From the NCBI GenBank assembly GCA_048498455.1, contig JBEHXY010000002.1, positions 1-42,063 of the forward strand: a stretch of DNA of 42,063 bases. The letters run 5' to 3'. Each line of letters begins with the position of its first letter. Positions within the stretch are counted from its first letter, which is position 1. Source of the DNA: Planctomycetota bacterium. GTDB taxonomy: Bacteria; Planctomycetota; Phycisphaerae; WQYP01. This document shows positions 8,692 through 17,606 of this stretch, piece by piece. A program made the translations under genes and the position numbers. The notes under the pieces are model-generated. The model did no database searches, had not been told where the DNA came from, and worked only from the letters and a program-made list of their open reading frames with translations.

Positions 8692-10836
8692 ATGGACGCA
8701 AAGGACCAGATCAGTATTCTGCTGGTCGATGATCGAGCGGACAAACTGCTGGCACTGGAAGCGGTGCTGTCAGAGATGCCGCTGGAGATTGTCCGCGCGA
8801 CGTCGGGTCGTGATGCGCTGCGTTGCCTGTTGCAGCGGGAATTCGCGGTGATCCTGCTGGACGTGAACATGCCGGGGATGGACGGTTTTGAGACCGCCGA
8901 GCTGATCCGGCAGCGGCAGAGTTCGGTGCACACGCCGATCATTTTCGTGACGGCGTACCAGGATGAAGTGTTCATGTCGCGCGGCTACTCGCTGGGCGCG
9001 GTGGATTACATCCTGCAGCCGGTGGTGCCGGAAATCCTGAGGTCGAAGGTGTCGGTGTTCGTCGACCTGTATCGCAAGAACAAGCAGGTGGAAGAGCAGG
9101 CGGAGTGGCAGCAGCATCGGGCCACGCAGCTGCAGAAGCTGGCGTCGGCGTCGCTGGCGATCAATGCCGCGTCGTCGATGGCGCGGACACTGCAGATCAT
9201 TACGGATTCGGCGCGGGACGTGATCGGGGCGCACCAGGCGATCACGCTGTTCCGGACGGACCATGATGGGAATGCGGCGGCGCAGCCGGGCGCGGGGGTG
9301 TCGGATCATTCGCAGCGGGCGCGGACGCGGGCATTCGCGAGTTTTTCGGACAAGTATGCGGAGTGGCGCGGCCGGCCGCTGCAGCTGGACGCGGCGGCGC
9401 AATCGGTGGTGGCGACCTCGCGGTCGGCGAGCCGGCTCAATGCCACGCAGCTGGCGCTGCATCCGGACTATCCGCTGATATTGAAGATGGAGGCGGAGGG
9501 GGAGATTCCGCCGGTGCCGGGGCTGCTGGCGGCGCCGCTGGTGGGCAGGGATGGGCGGAACATGGGGGTGATTTACCTGGCCGACAAGCTGAGCATGGAT
9601 TTCTCGGCGGACGATGAGGCGATCCTGGTGCAGCTGTCGCAGATGGCGGCGGTGGCGATCGAGAATATCCTGTCGACGGAGGCGCGGGAGGCGAATCGTG
9701 CGAAGGACCAGTTCATCGCGGTGCTGTCGCACGAATTGCGGACGCCGCTGACGCCGGTGCTGGCGACGGTGACGAGCCTGCAGGGCGACAAGCGGCTGCC
9801 CGGGGACGTGCAGGACGACCTGCGGGTGATCCGTCGGAACGTGGAGCTGGAGGCACGGCTGATCGATGACCTTCTGGACCTCACGCGGATCAGCAAGGGA
9901 AAGATTCAACTGCACCTGGACGTAGTCAACGCCAACGAGCTGCTGCGGCAGGCCGCGGGAATCTGCCAGTCGGAGATCGATGCGAAGTCGATCGAGGTGG
10001 TGTGGGAGGGACAGGCGAAGGTGGCGATGGTGAAGGGGGATGCGACGCGGGTGCAGCAGGTGTTCTGGAACCTGGTGAAGAACGCGGTGAAGTTCACGCC
10101 GCCGCGGGGGCGGATCGAGATCCGCACGTGGAATCCGACGGAGGAATCGTTCGCGGCGCAGATTACGGACAACGGGATCGGGATCGACCAGGACGTGCTG
10201 CCGCGGATATTCACGGCATTCGAGCAGGGGCGGTCAGCGATCACGCGGCAGTTCGGCGGATTGGGGCTGGGGCTGGCGATTTCCAAGGCGCTGGTCGAGC
10301 AGCACAAGGGATCGCTGTCGGCGACGTCGCAGGGGCGGGGCCGCGGGGCATCGTTCACGGTGACCATGCCGGTGACGCGCGAGCAACCGGCGCCGGTGGC
10401 GTTTCCGGCGCCGCGGCTGGTGAGCACGCCGACGGGCCGGCCGATCCGGGTGCTGCTGGTGGAAGACCATGCGGACACGGCGCGGGTGATGACGAAGCTG
10501 CTGCAGGGGTGCGACTACGACGTATCGTGGGCGGCATCGGTGGCGGAGGCATTGACGGTGGCGGCAGCGGCGCGGTTCGACGTGCTGGTGTCGGACATTG
10601 GTCTGCCGGACGGGACGGGGCATGACCTGGTGCGGGAGCTGCGGTCGCGTCATCCGATCCTGGGGATCGCGCTGTCGGGGTTCGGGATGGAGCACGACAT
10701 TCAGCGGTCGAAGGATGCGGGTTTTGAAGAGCATCTGACGAAACCGCTGAATTTTCAGGCGCTGATCGACACGATCGAGCGGTTGACGGCAGGGGTGCCG
10801 GGGCTGACGCAGGCGGGGGCGTCGGTGGCGGTGTGA
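8692..10836 (+). CDS. hybrid histidine kinase, REC-GAF-HisKA-HATPase-REC
   Basis: ATG 8692 has AAGGAAG just upstream. N-terminal REC: ILLVDDRADKLL..ILLDVNMPGMDGF..DYILQP. The middle segment is GAF-like. H-box is [15 protein letters not shown]. ATPase boxes are WNLVKNAVKFTP, DNGIGID and FGGLGLGLAISKALVEQHKGSLSATS. C-terminal REC: VLLVEDHADTARV..VLVSDIGLPDGTG..HLTKP. Confidence 0.9.
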   Translation: MDAKDQISILLVDDRADKLLALEAVLSEMPLEIVRATSGRDALRCLLQREFAVILLDVNMPGMDGFETAELIRQRQSSVHTPIIFVTAYQDEVFMSRGYSLGAVDYILQPVVPEILRSKVSVFVDLYRKNKQVEEQAEWQQHRATQLQKLASASLAINAASSMARTLQIITDSARDVIGAHQAITLFRTDHDGNAAAQPGAGVSDHSQRARTRAFASFSDKYAEWRGRPLQLDAAAQSVVATSRSASRLNATQLALHPDYPLILKMEAEGEIPPVPGLLAAPLVGRDGRNMGVIYLADKLSMDFSADDEAILVQLSQMAAVAIENILSTEAREANRAKDQFIAVLSHELRTPLTPVLATVTSLQGDKRLPGDVQDDLRVIRRNVELEARLIDDLLDLTRISKGKIQLHLDVVNANELLRQAAGICQSEIDAKSIEVVWEGQAKVAMVKGDATRVQQVFWNLVKNAVKFTPPRGRIEIRTWNPTEESFAAQITDNGIGIDQDVLPRIFTAFEQGRSAITRQFGGLGLGLAISKALVEQHKGSLSATSQGRGRGASFTVTMPVTREQPAPVAFPAPRLVSTPTGRPIRVLLVEDHADTARVMTKLLQGCDYDVSWAASVAEALTVAAAARFDVLVSDIGLPDGTGHDLVRELRSRHPILGIALSGFGMEHDIQRSKDAGFEEHLTKPLNFQALIDTIERLTAGVPGLTQAGASVAV

Positions 10837-10945
10837 GGGGTGGGGCCCGGGTGGGTAGCCGGTGACGAAGGGGGAGCGGGCTGGGGCTCATTGACAAAGA
10901 TTGCCGGGACGGGTCCACTACCGAAGGCAGCGGTAGGAGGCGGTT

Positions 10946-13549
10946 ATGCGGCAGTGGCTCTTCGCGATGGCGGTGGCTTGGTGTCTCGCGGGCGCTGCGC
11001 GGGCGTCGGATGGGCCGGCGACGCAAGCGTCGGGGCGGGCGCATGTGCGGATGGATGACGGGTGGCGGTTTGCGTTGGGGGATGTGAAGGGGGCAGAGGC
11101 GGTGGGATTTGGGGATGAGGGCTGGCGGAAATTGAATGTGCCGCACGATTGGTCGATCGAACTGCCGGTCGATCAACAGGCGGCGGCGGGGGGGGCGGGG
11201 GGGTACTTTCCGGGGGGGATCGGGTGGTATCGGAAGCATTTTGTGACGCCGGTGGCCTATGCGGGGAAGTGGGTGTCGATCCAGTTCGACGGCGTGTACA
11301 TGAATTCAGAAGTGTTTTTGAACGGGAAGTCTCTGGGGAAGCGGCCATACGGGTATTCGACGTTTGCGTATGACGTGACGGCGGGGTTGGCGCCAGCGGG
11401 GCAGGAAAATGTGGTGGCGGTGCGGGTGGACAACTCGGTGCAGCCCAACACGCGGTGGTACCCGGGGAGCGGGATTTTGCGGCACGTGTGGCTGGATGCG
11501 GCGGGGGCGGTGCGGGTGGAGCGGGATGGGGTATTTGTGGCGACGCCTGTGGCGACGGCGGATCGGGCGACGGTGGACGTTTCGACGAAGGTGCGGAACG
11601 ACAGCGGCGATCCACGGCAGGTGGTGGTGCGGTGGACGATTTTGGATGGGCAGGGAAAGTATGTCAGCGACGGGAGCCGCGGGGGCGAAGTGATTCCGGC
11701 AAAGGGGGAGACGGAGTTGAAGAGCACGCTGACGCTGGTGCGGCCAGCGTTGTGGTCGGTGGACTCGCCGACGATGTACCGGGTGCAGACGACCATCGAG
11801 ACGGGGCAGGGGGAGACTTTGGACCGCGTCGAGACGCCGTTTGGGATTCGGTCGATCGCGTTTGATGCGGAGAAGGGGTTTTTGCTGAATGGGGAGCGGG
11901 TGAAGATCAAGGGTGTGTGTTTGCATGCGGACGGGGGGGCGTTTGGCGGGGCGGTGCCGGAGGATGTGTGGGAGCGGCGGTTGAAGTTGCTCAAGGAGAT
12001 GGGGGCGAACGCGGTGCGCTGTTCGCATAATCCGCCGGCGCCGGAGTTTCTGGATTTGTGCGACCGGCTGGGCATCCTGGTGATGGATGAGGCGTTCGAT
12101 GAGTGGACGAGCGTGAAGGGGCAGTTGAAGGGGGATTACACGAAGGAGTTTGCGGAGTGGTCGCAGCGGGATCTGGAGACAATGCTGCTGCGGGACCGGA
12201 ACCATCCGAGCATCGTGATCTGGAGCGTGGGAAATGAGATTCCGGAGCAGACCAGCGACAAGGGGGTGACGGAGCTGAAGGCACTGGTGGAGACGTGCCA
12301 TCGGCTGGATCCGACGCGGCCGGTGACGTCGGCGTGCGACAATGCGTACGCGGCGGGGCGGCAGACGCTGCCGGCGTTTTTCGCGCTGCAGGATGTGGCG
12401 GGGTACAACTATGTGGACCGGTGGAACGTGCATCGGGAGACGATGTTCGATGAGCACCGGCGGCTGTTTCCGGAACGGAAGTACATTGGGACGGAGGATG
12501 TGAGCGTGGGCGGGGTGCGCGGGGCGTATGAACAGGCGGTGGGGTTTGGCGGGCGTGGTGGGCGCGGCGGCCGCAGCGCGGTTGCGGCGAGCGCGCCGGC
12601 GACAACCGAGCCGGAGGGGGTGCCGCCACTGTCGTCGCGTCCGGCGTACGCGACGGCGTCGATTCGGTATGAGCAATTGTGGAAGTATTTTGCGACGCGC
12701 GATTACGTGAGTGGGGATTTCATCTGGACGGGGATTGATTACCTGGGGGAGGCGCAGTGGCCGCGGAAGGGGGCGACATCGGGACCGCTGGATATCTGCG
12801 GGTTCAAGAAGGATGGGTTCTACTTTTTCCAGTCGATCTGGCTGCCGGAGCCGACGGGGACGGAGAAGCCGATGGTGCATCTGCTGCCGCACTGGAACTG
12901 GAAGGGGCGCGAGGGCCAGGTGATTCCGGTGGTGGCATATACCAACGCGACCACGGTGGAGCTGTTTTTGAATGGGAAGAGTTATGGGGTGAAGGCGCGG
13001 GAGTTTCCGCGGCAGGGGACTTCGACGGGTTGGAACACGTATGCGCGTCCGCAGGTGAACCCCACGACGGCGGACCTGCACCTGGAATGGGATGTGCCGT
13101 ATGAGCCGGGGGTATTGAAGGCGGTGGCGCGGAGTGCGACGGGGGCGGTGACGGTGGAGGAGCTGAAGACGACGGGGGAGCCGGCGGGTCTGGAAATCGT
13201 GACGGAGGAGTTTTCACATCCGAGCCTGGGCCAGGTGATTCATGCGGCGGTGCGGGTGGTGGATGCGCAGGGGCAGACGGTGCCGACGGCGAACAACGAG
13301 ATCGCTTTCAGCGTGGACCGGCCGGAGCAGGTGATCCTGCGGGTGGACAACGGGGATCTGGCAAACCACCAGCTTTACACCGACTTGAAGCGCCCGGCGT
13401 TGAATGGGTGGGTGATGTGCTATGTGCAACCGACGCCTGGGGCGGACGGCGTGGTGAAGCTGACGGCATCGGCGGAAGGGCTTCGGCCGTCAGAGAAAAC
13501 GTTGACGCTACATGATCAGCCCGGCGAAACGATGCCTGGAGCGAGGTGA
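10946..13549 (+). CDS. secreted glycoside hydrolase family 2 (beta-galactosidase-type, with DUF4982-like C-terminal region)
   Basis: ATG 10946 with AGGAGG at 10935-10940. Signal peptide MRQWLFAMAVAWCLAGAARA. GH2 hallmarks: WYPGSGILRHVWL, NAVRCSHNPPAPEFLDLCDRLGILVMDE, NHPSIVIWSVGNEIPE, DFIWTGIDYLGE, FKKDGFYFFQSIW, LLPHWNW. Confidence 0.9.
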   Translation: MRQWLFAMAVAWCLAGAARASDGPATQASGRAHVRMDDGWRFALGDVKGAEAVGFGDEGWRKLNVPHDWSIELPVDQQAAAGGAGGYFPGGIGWYRKHFVTPVAYAGKWVSIQFDGVYMNSEVFLNGKSLGKRPYGYSTFAYDVTAGLAPAGQENVVAVRVDNSVQPNTRWYPGSGILRHVWLDAAGAVRVERDGVFVATPVATADRATVDVSTKVRNDSGDPRQVVVRWTILDGQGKYVSDGSRGGEVIPAKGETELKSTLTLVRPALWSVDSPTMYRVQTTIETGQGETLDRVETPFGIRSIAFDAEKGFLLNGERVKIKGVCLHADGGAFGGAVPEDVWERRLKLLKEMGANAVRCSHNPPAPEFLDLCDRLGILVMDEAFDEWTSVKGQLKGDYTKEFAEWSQRDLETMLLRDRNHPSIVIWSVGNEIPEQTSDKGVTELKALVETCHRLDPTRPVTSACDNAYAAGRQTLPAFFALQDVAGYNYVDRWNVHRETMFDEHRRLFPERKYIGTEDVSVGGVRGAYEQAVGFGGRGGRGGRSAVAASAPATTEPEGVPPLSSRPAYATASIRYEQLWKYFATRDYVSGDFIWTGIDYLGEAQWPRKGATSGPLDICGFKKDGFYFFQSIWLPEPTGTEKPMVHLLPHWNWKGREGQVIPVVAYTNATTVELFLNGKSYGVKAREFPRQGTSTGWNTYARPQVNPTTADLHLEWDVPYEPGVLKAVARSATGAVTVEELKTTGEPAGLEIVTEEFSHPSLGQVIHAAVRVVDAQGQTVPTANNEIAFSVDRPEQVILRVDNGDLANHQLYTDLKRPALNGWVMCYVQPTPGADGVVKLTASAEGLRPSEKTLTLHDQPGETMPGAR

Positions 13550-13553
13550 CGTG

Positions 13554-14675
13554 ATGAACAAGCTTTGGATGGCGGTGCTCGCGGGTGTGCCGGTGGCGGC
13601 GGGGGTGGCGCTGGCGTTCTGGCCGCACCGCGAGGCCCGGGCGTTGGACCGGACGGACAAGGGGTTCAAGATTTTTCAGTTTCCGGCGGACAAGATTCCG
13701 CGGGTGGATGGGGACCCGTCGGATTGGGACATCGTGCCGGATTCCTATGTGGTTGGCACCGATGAACTGGTCGACGATTCCAACAAACATCCGGGGCCCG
13801 ATCCCAAGACGCTGGATGTGAAGGTGAAGGTGGGGTGGGTGAAGGGGGAAAACCGGTTGTATTTTTTATACGAGGCGTATGACGATTATTGGGATTTTTC
13901 CCAGCCGGGGTTGCACAACGACACCTTTGAGGTGGTGGTGGATGGGGACCGGAGCGGGGGGCCGCTGATTGCGGAGCAACATCCGGACAAGACGTTGAAC
14001 GTGGACGAGTTGTACACGACGTTCCAGGGGGTGCATGCGCAGAACTACCACATTTTTACGCCGGCGGTGGACAAGGACTGGTGCATGGCGTGGGGACCGC
14101 AGGCCCCGTGGATCAAGAAGCTGCCGTGGTCGAACGTCGCGTACAAGTATGATTTCAAGCCGGGGCAGCCGGGGAAGTTGATCATGGAGTTCTGGATCAC
14201 GCCGTTCGATTTTGCGCCGCCGGAGGGACCGGAGAAGGCGGTGCAGACGGTGCTGAGGGAGGGGAACTCGGTGGCGTTGTCGTGGGCGATCATTGATTAC
14301 GACGACGTGAACGCCAGGGGGAGCAGCGGGTTCTGGAATTTGTCGCGGCATCACACGATGTACGGCAATGCCGACCAGTTGTGCCCGTTCAAGCTGATGC
14401 CGCTGGAGCCGTCGCTGAAGAAAGCGGTGGACGTGAACTGGTCATTCCATGTGCTGGACAGGGACAAGCGCGTGGTCGCGTTTCACGATGAAACCGAGGG
14501 CAAGTCGGGCAATCCGACGAGCTGGAAGTGGGATTTTGGCGACCAGGCGACCTCGACGGAGCAGAACCCGGTGCACACCTATGCAAAGGCCGGGCGATAC
14601 GTGGTGATTCTCGATGTCGATGGGCCGGATGGTCATGGCCGGCGATCCAAGGTGTGGGATGTGGCGCTGCGATAA
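13554..14675 (+). CDS. secreted carbohydrate-binding (CBM9/DOMON-like) protein with C-terminal PKD domain
   Basis: ATG 13554 lies 4 nt after the GH2 stop (GTG 13551 is an alternative). Signal/anchor MNKLWMAVLAGVPVAAGVALAFW. CBM9-like pattern: KIPRVDGDPSDWDIVP..VKVGWVKGENRLYFLYEAYDDYWDF..DTFEVVVDGDRSGG. PKD signature: WKWDFGDQATSTEQNPVHTYAKAGRYVVILDV. Confidence 0.75.
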   Translation: MNKLWMAVLAGVPVAAGVALAFWPHREARALDRTDKGFKIFQFPADKIPRVDGDPSDWDIVPDSYVVGTDELVDDSNKHPGPDPKTLDVKVKVGWVKGENRLYFLYEAYDDYWDFSQPGLHNDTFEVVVDGDRSGGPLIAEQHPDKTLNVDELYTTFQGVHAQNYHIFTPAVDKDWCMAWGPQAPWIKKLPWSNVAYKYDFKPGQPGKLIMEFWITPFDFAPPEGPEKAVQTVLREGNSVALSWAIIDYDDVNARGSSGFWNLSRHHTMYGNADQLCPFKLMPLEPSLKKAVDVNWSFHVLDRDKRVVAFHDETEGKSGNPTSWKWDFGDQATSTEQNPVHTYAKAGRYVVILDVDGPDGHGRRSKVWDVALR

Positions 14676-14731
14676 GCGGCGGATCCGTGGTGACAAGAGA
14701 CTTTGAAGAGCCTTTGAAAGGAAGTGGTTTG

Positions 14732-17470
14732 ATGGGTGGCTGGAAGGTTGCGACAGTGCTGGCGATGGCGGCGGGGACGGCGGCGGCGATCGGGGTGGCG
14801 GGATGTTCGATGAATCCCGGTGCGCCCTCGGCGATGCATCCGTTGCCGAACGATCGGGAGCTGCGCGGCGGACCGCGGGAACGGTTGTCGCTGGACGCGG
14901 GATGGAAGTTCAACGTGGGGGACCCGGAGGGGCTGGCGCCGGACGCGTACGCTTATTTCAAGCCGATGCCGACGGACAACCGGCCGGTGAACAAGGCCAA
15001 CGAAACGCCGTTTGCGGCGTTGCTGAATCGGACGGGGGAGGACCTGCGGAAAGGGGGAAGCGCGACGGCGGCGGCGGCGGATGGCGCGGTGGCGGATGCG
15101 GCGTTTGCGCATGGCGATTTCAATGATCGGGAGTGGCGCGGGGTGGACCTGCCGCACGACTGGGTCATCGAGGAGGCTTTCAACCCGCGGCTGGCGGGCG
15201 GGACGGGGCGGCTGAAGTATTCCGGTCCGGTGTGGTACCGCAAGCACGTGACGCTGGATGCGGCGGATGCGGGCAAACAGATTTCGATGGATGTGGACGG
15301 CGCGATGTCCTATGCGCTGGTGTGGTGCAACGGGCAGTTCGCCGGCGGCTGGCCTTATGGTTATTCGTCCTTCCGGATCGATCTCACGCCGTTTGTGAAA
15401 GCGGGGCAGGACAACGTGATCGCCATCCGGCTCGACACGCCGGACCGGGCATCGCGGTGGTATCCAGGCGGGGGAATTTATCGCAACGTGTGGCTGGTGA
15501 AGGAAAGCCCCGTGCACGTGGCGCACTGGGGCACCGCTGTGTCGACGCCGGAACCGACCGCCAGCACCGCGACCGTGCAGATCAAGACGACGGTGGAGAA
15601 CGATTCGGGAGCGCCTGCGCAGGTTACGCTGCGGCACCAGATTTTCGCCGTGGGCGCGGGGGGGTTGAAGGCGGGGCCGGTGCTGGCGGAGGCGACGACG
15701 CAGGCGCAGGTGGCGGCGAATGGATCGGCGACGGCCGATGCCACCGCGAACCTGCCGAACCCGCGGCTGTGGGACATTGACCATCCGGGCAATCGGTACG
15801 TGGTGGCGACGACGATTGAACAGGGCGGCAAGCTCGTGGATACGTATGACTCGCCCTTCGGCGTGCGGTCGGTGGTGTTTGATCCCAACAAAGGGGTCTT
15901 TCTCAACGGCAAGCCGGTGAAGCTCAATGGCGTGTGCGATCACCATGACCTTGGGGCGCTGGGGGCAGCGGTCAATGCGCGGGCATTGCAGCGGCAGCTG
16001 GAACTGCTGAAAGAGATGGGCTGCAACGCGATTCGCACCAGCCACAACCCGCCGACGCCGGAACTGCTGGATCTGGCCGACCAGATGGGTTTCATGGTGA
16101 TGGACGAGACCTTCGATTGCTGGGCACAGGGGAAGAACCCGGGGGATTACCATCTGTTCTATCCGGACTGGCACGAGAAGGACACGCGGGCGCTGGTGCG
16201 GCGGGATCGGAACCATCCGTCGGTGATCATGTGGTCGGTGGGCAACGAAGTGCCCGACCAGGGCGACGCGGGAACGCCGCTGGCGAAGGAACTGACGCAG
16301 ATCTGCCACGAGGAGGACCCGACGCGTCCGACCGGCAGCGCCAACAACAACGCGCAGTCGGGGTTCAATTCGTTTCACACGGGGCTGGACCTGATGGGGG
16401 TGAATTACAACCCGGCGGTGTACCAGCGTTTCCACCAGTCGACGCCGGACCAGTTCGTGTTTGGCAGCGAAACGGCATCGACGGTGTCGACGCGCGGATT
16501 CTATACCTTCCCCGTGGCGCCGCAGCCGGGGGCGATCACGGGGCTGCCGCGGGGCGGGCGCGGCGGGCGGGCCGGGGCGCCGGCGACGGCACCGGCCATG
16601 CGGCCGTCGATCCCGGGTCAGAACGGCAAGGATTTTCAGGTTTCTTCGTATGACCTTTATTATCCGAGCTGGGCGCAATCGCCGGACACGGTTTTTGCGG
16701 CGCTGGACAAGGCGCCCTACACGGGCGGCGAGTTCGTGTGGACGGGCTTCGATTATCTTGGCGAGCCGACGCCCTTCGGCGGCGGGAACGATGTGTCGCG
16801 GTCGTCGTACTTCGGCATCATCGACCTCGCGGGGTTCAAGAAGGATCGGTTTTACATTTACCAGGCGCGCTGGCGGCCGGAGTTGCCGATGGCGCACATT
16901 CTTCCGCACTGGAACTGGCCCGACCGCGTGGGGCAGCAGACGCCGGTGCATGTGTACACTTCCGGTGATGAAGCGGAATTGTTTTTGAATGGTGTCTCGC
17001 AGGGCCGCAAGAAGAAGGGCGAATTCGAGTACCGCATTCGCTTTGACGATGTGGTCTACCAGCCGGGCGAGCTGCACGTGGTAGCTTACAAGGGCGGCCA
17101 GAAGTGGGCCGAGGACACGGTGAAGACGACCGATGCGCCGGCGAAGCTGACGCTGAAGGCGGACCGCAACACGATCGCCGCCGACGGCAAGGACCTTTCC
17201 TTCGTCACGGTGGCGGTGGATGACAAGGCGGGGCTGGATGTGCCCACGGCGACCAATTTGATCAAGTTCACGGTGAGCGGCCCGGGCGAGATCGTGGCGA
17301 CGGACAACGGCGACGCCACGGACCTGTCGCGCTTCCAATCGCCGGAACGCAAGGCCTACGCCGGTCTGGCGCTGCTGATTGTGCGGGCGAAGGGACCCGG
17401 GACGATCACGGTGCGAGCGGAATCGGAGGGGCTGGCGGGGACGTCGACGACCCTTACGGCGGCGAAATGA
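14732..17470 (+). CDS. lipoprotein glycoside hydrolase family 2, paralog of 10946..13549
   Basis: Preferred start is ATG 14732, with GAAAGGAAG upstream. Lipobox: MGGWKVATVLAMAAGTAAAIGVAGC. GH2 hallmarks: WYPGGGIYRNVWL, NAIRTSHNPPTPELLDLADQMGFMVMDE, NHPSVIMWSVGNEVPDQ, EFVWTGFDYLGE, FKKDRFYIYQARW, ILPHWNW. Confidence 0.9.
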   Translation: MGGWKVATVLAMAAGTAAAIGVAGCSMNPGAPSAMHPLPNDRELRGGPRERLSLDAGWKFNVGDPEGLAPDAYAYFKPMPTDNRPVNKANETPFAALLNRTGEDLRKGGSATAAAADGAVADAAFAHGDFNDREWRGVDLPHDWVIEEAFNPRLAGGTGRLKYSGPVWYRKHVTLDAADAGKQISMDVDGAMSYALVWCNGQFAGGWPYGYSSFRIDLTPFVKAGQDNVIAIRLDTPDRASRWYPGGGIYRNVWLVKESPVHVAHWGTAVSTPEPTASTATVQIKTTVENDSGAPAQVTLRHQIFAVGAGGLKAGPVLAEATTQAQVAANGSATADATANLPNPRLWDIDHPGNRYVVATTIEQGGKLVDTYDSPFGVRSVVFDPNKGVFLNGKPVKLNGVCDHHDLGALGAAVNARALQRQLELLKEMGCNAIRTSHNPPTPELLDLADQMGFMVMDETFDCWAQGKNPGDYHLFYPDWHEKDTRALVRRDRNHPSVIMWSVGNEVPDQGDAGTPLAKELTQICHEEDPTRPTGSANNNAQSGFNSFHTGLDLMGVNYNPAVYQRFHQSTPDQFVFGSETASTVSTRGFYTFPVAPQPGAITGLPRGGRGGRAGAPATAPAMRPSIPGQNGKDFQVSSYDLYYPSWAQSPDTVFAALDKAPYTGGEFVWTGFDYLGEPTPFGGGNDVSRSSYFGIIDLAGFKKDRFYIYQARWRPELPMAHILPHWNWPDRVGQQTPVHVYTSGDEAELFLNGVSQGRKKKGEFEYRIRFDDVVYQPGELHVVAYKGGQKWAEDTVKTTDAPAKLTLKADRNTIAADGKDLSFVTVAVDDKAGLDVPTATNLIKFTVSGPGEIVATDNGDATDLSRFQSPERKAYAGLALLIVRAKGPGTITVRAESEGLAGTSTTLTAAK

Positions 17471-17483
17471 GGTGACCCCACGA

Positions 17484-17535
17484 GCCGGGAAGCCCGATGG
17501 ACCCCCACACCCCGCGGGCTTTCCCGGCATTTTTG
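17484..17535 (+). terminator. candidate rho-independent terminator after the second GH2 gene
   Basis: Imperfect inverted repeat GCCGGGAAGCCCG (17484-17496) / CGGGCTTTCCCGGC (17515-17528), followed by ATTTTT. The loop is large (about 18 nt) and one base is bulged. Confidence 0.45.
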
Positions 17536-17606
17536 GGGGGAGAAGCGGCTGCGCGCGGGCCGAGGTCTTCACTGTTTCTTCAGGTCGGGGGTGGTATTCT
17601 GCGGGC

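Noticed and set aside
10918-10936. Hairpin CTACCG-AAGGCAG-CGGTAG whose 3' arm overlaps the Shine-Dalgarno sequence of the first GH2 gene.
   Set aside because: A 6-bp stem is too short to distinguish from chance in GC-rich DNA without conservation data.
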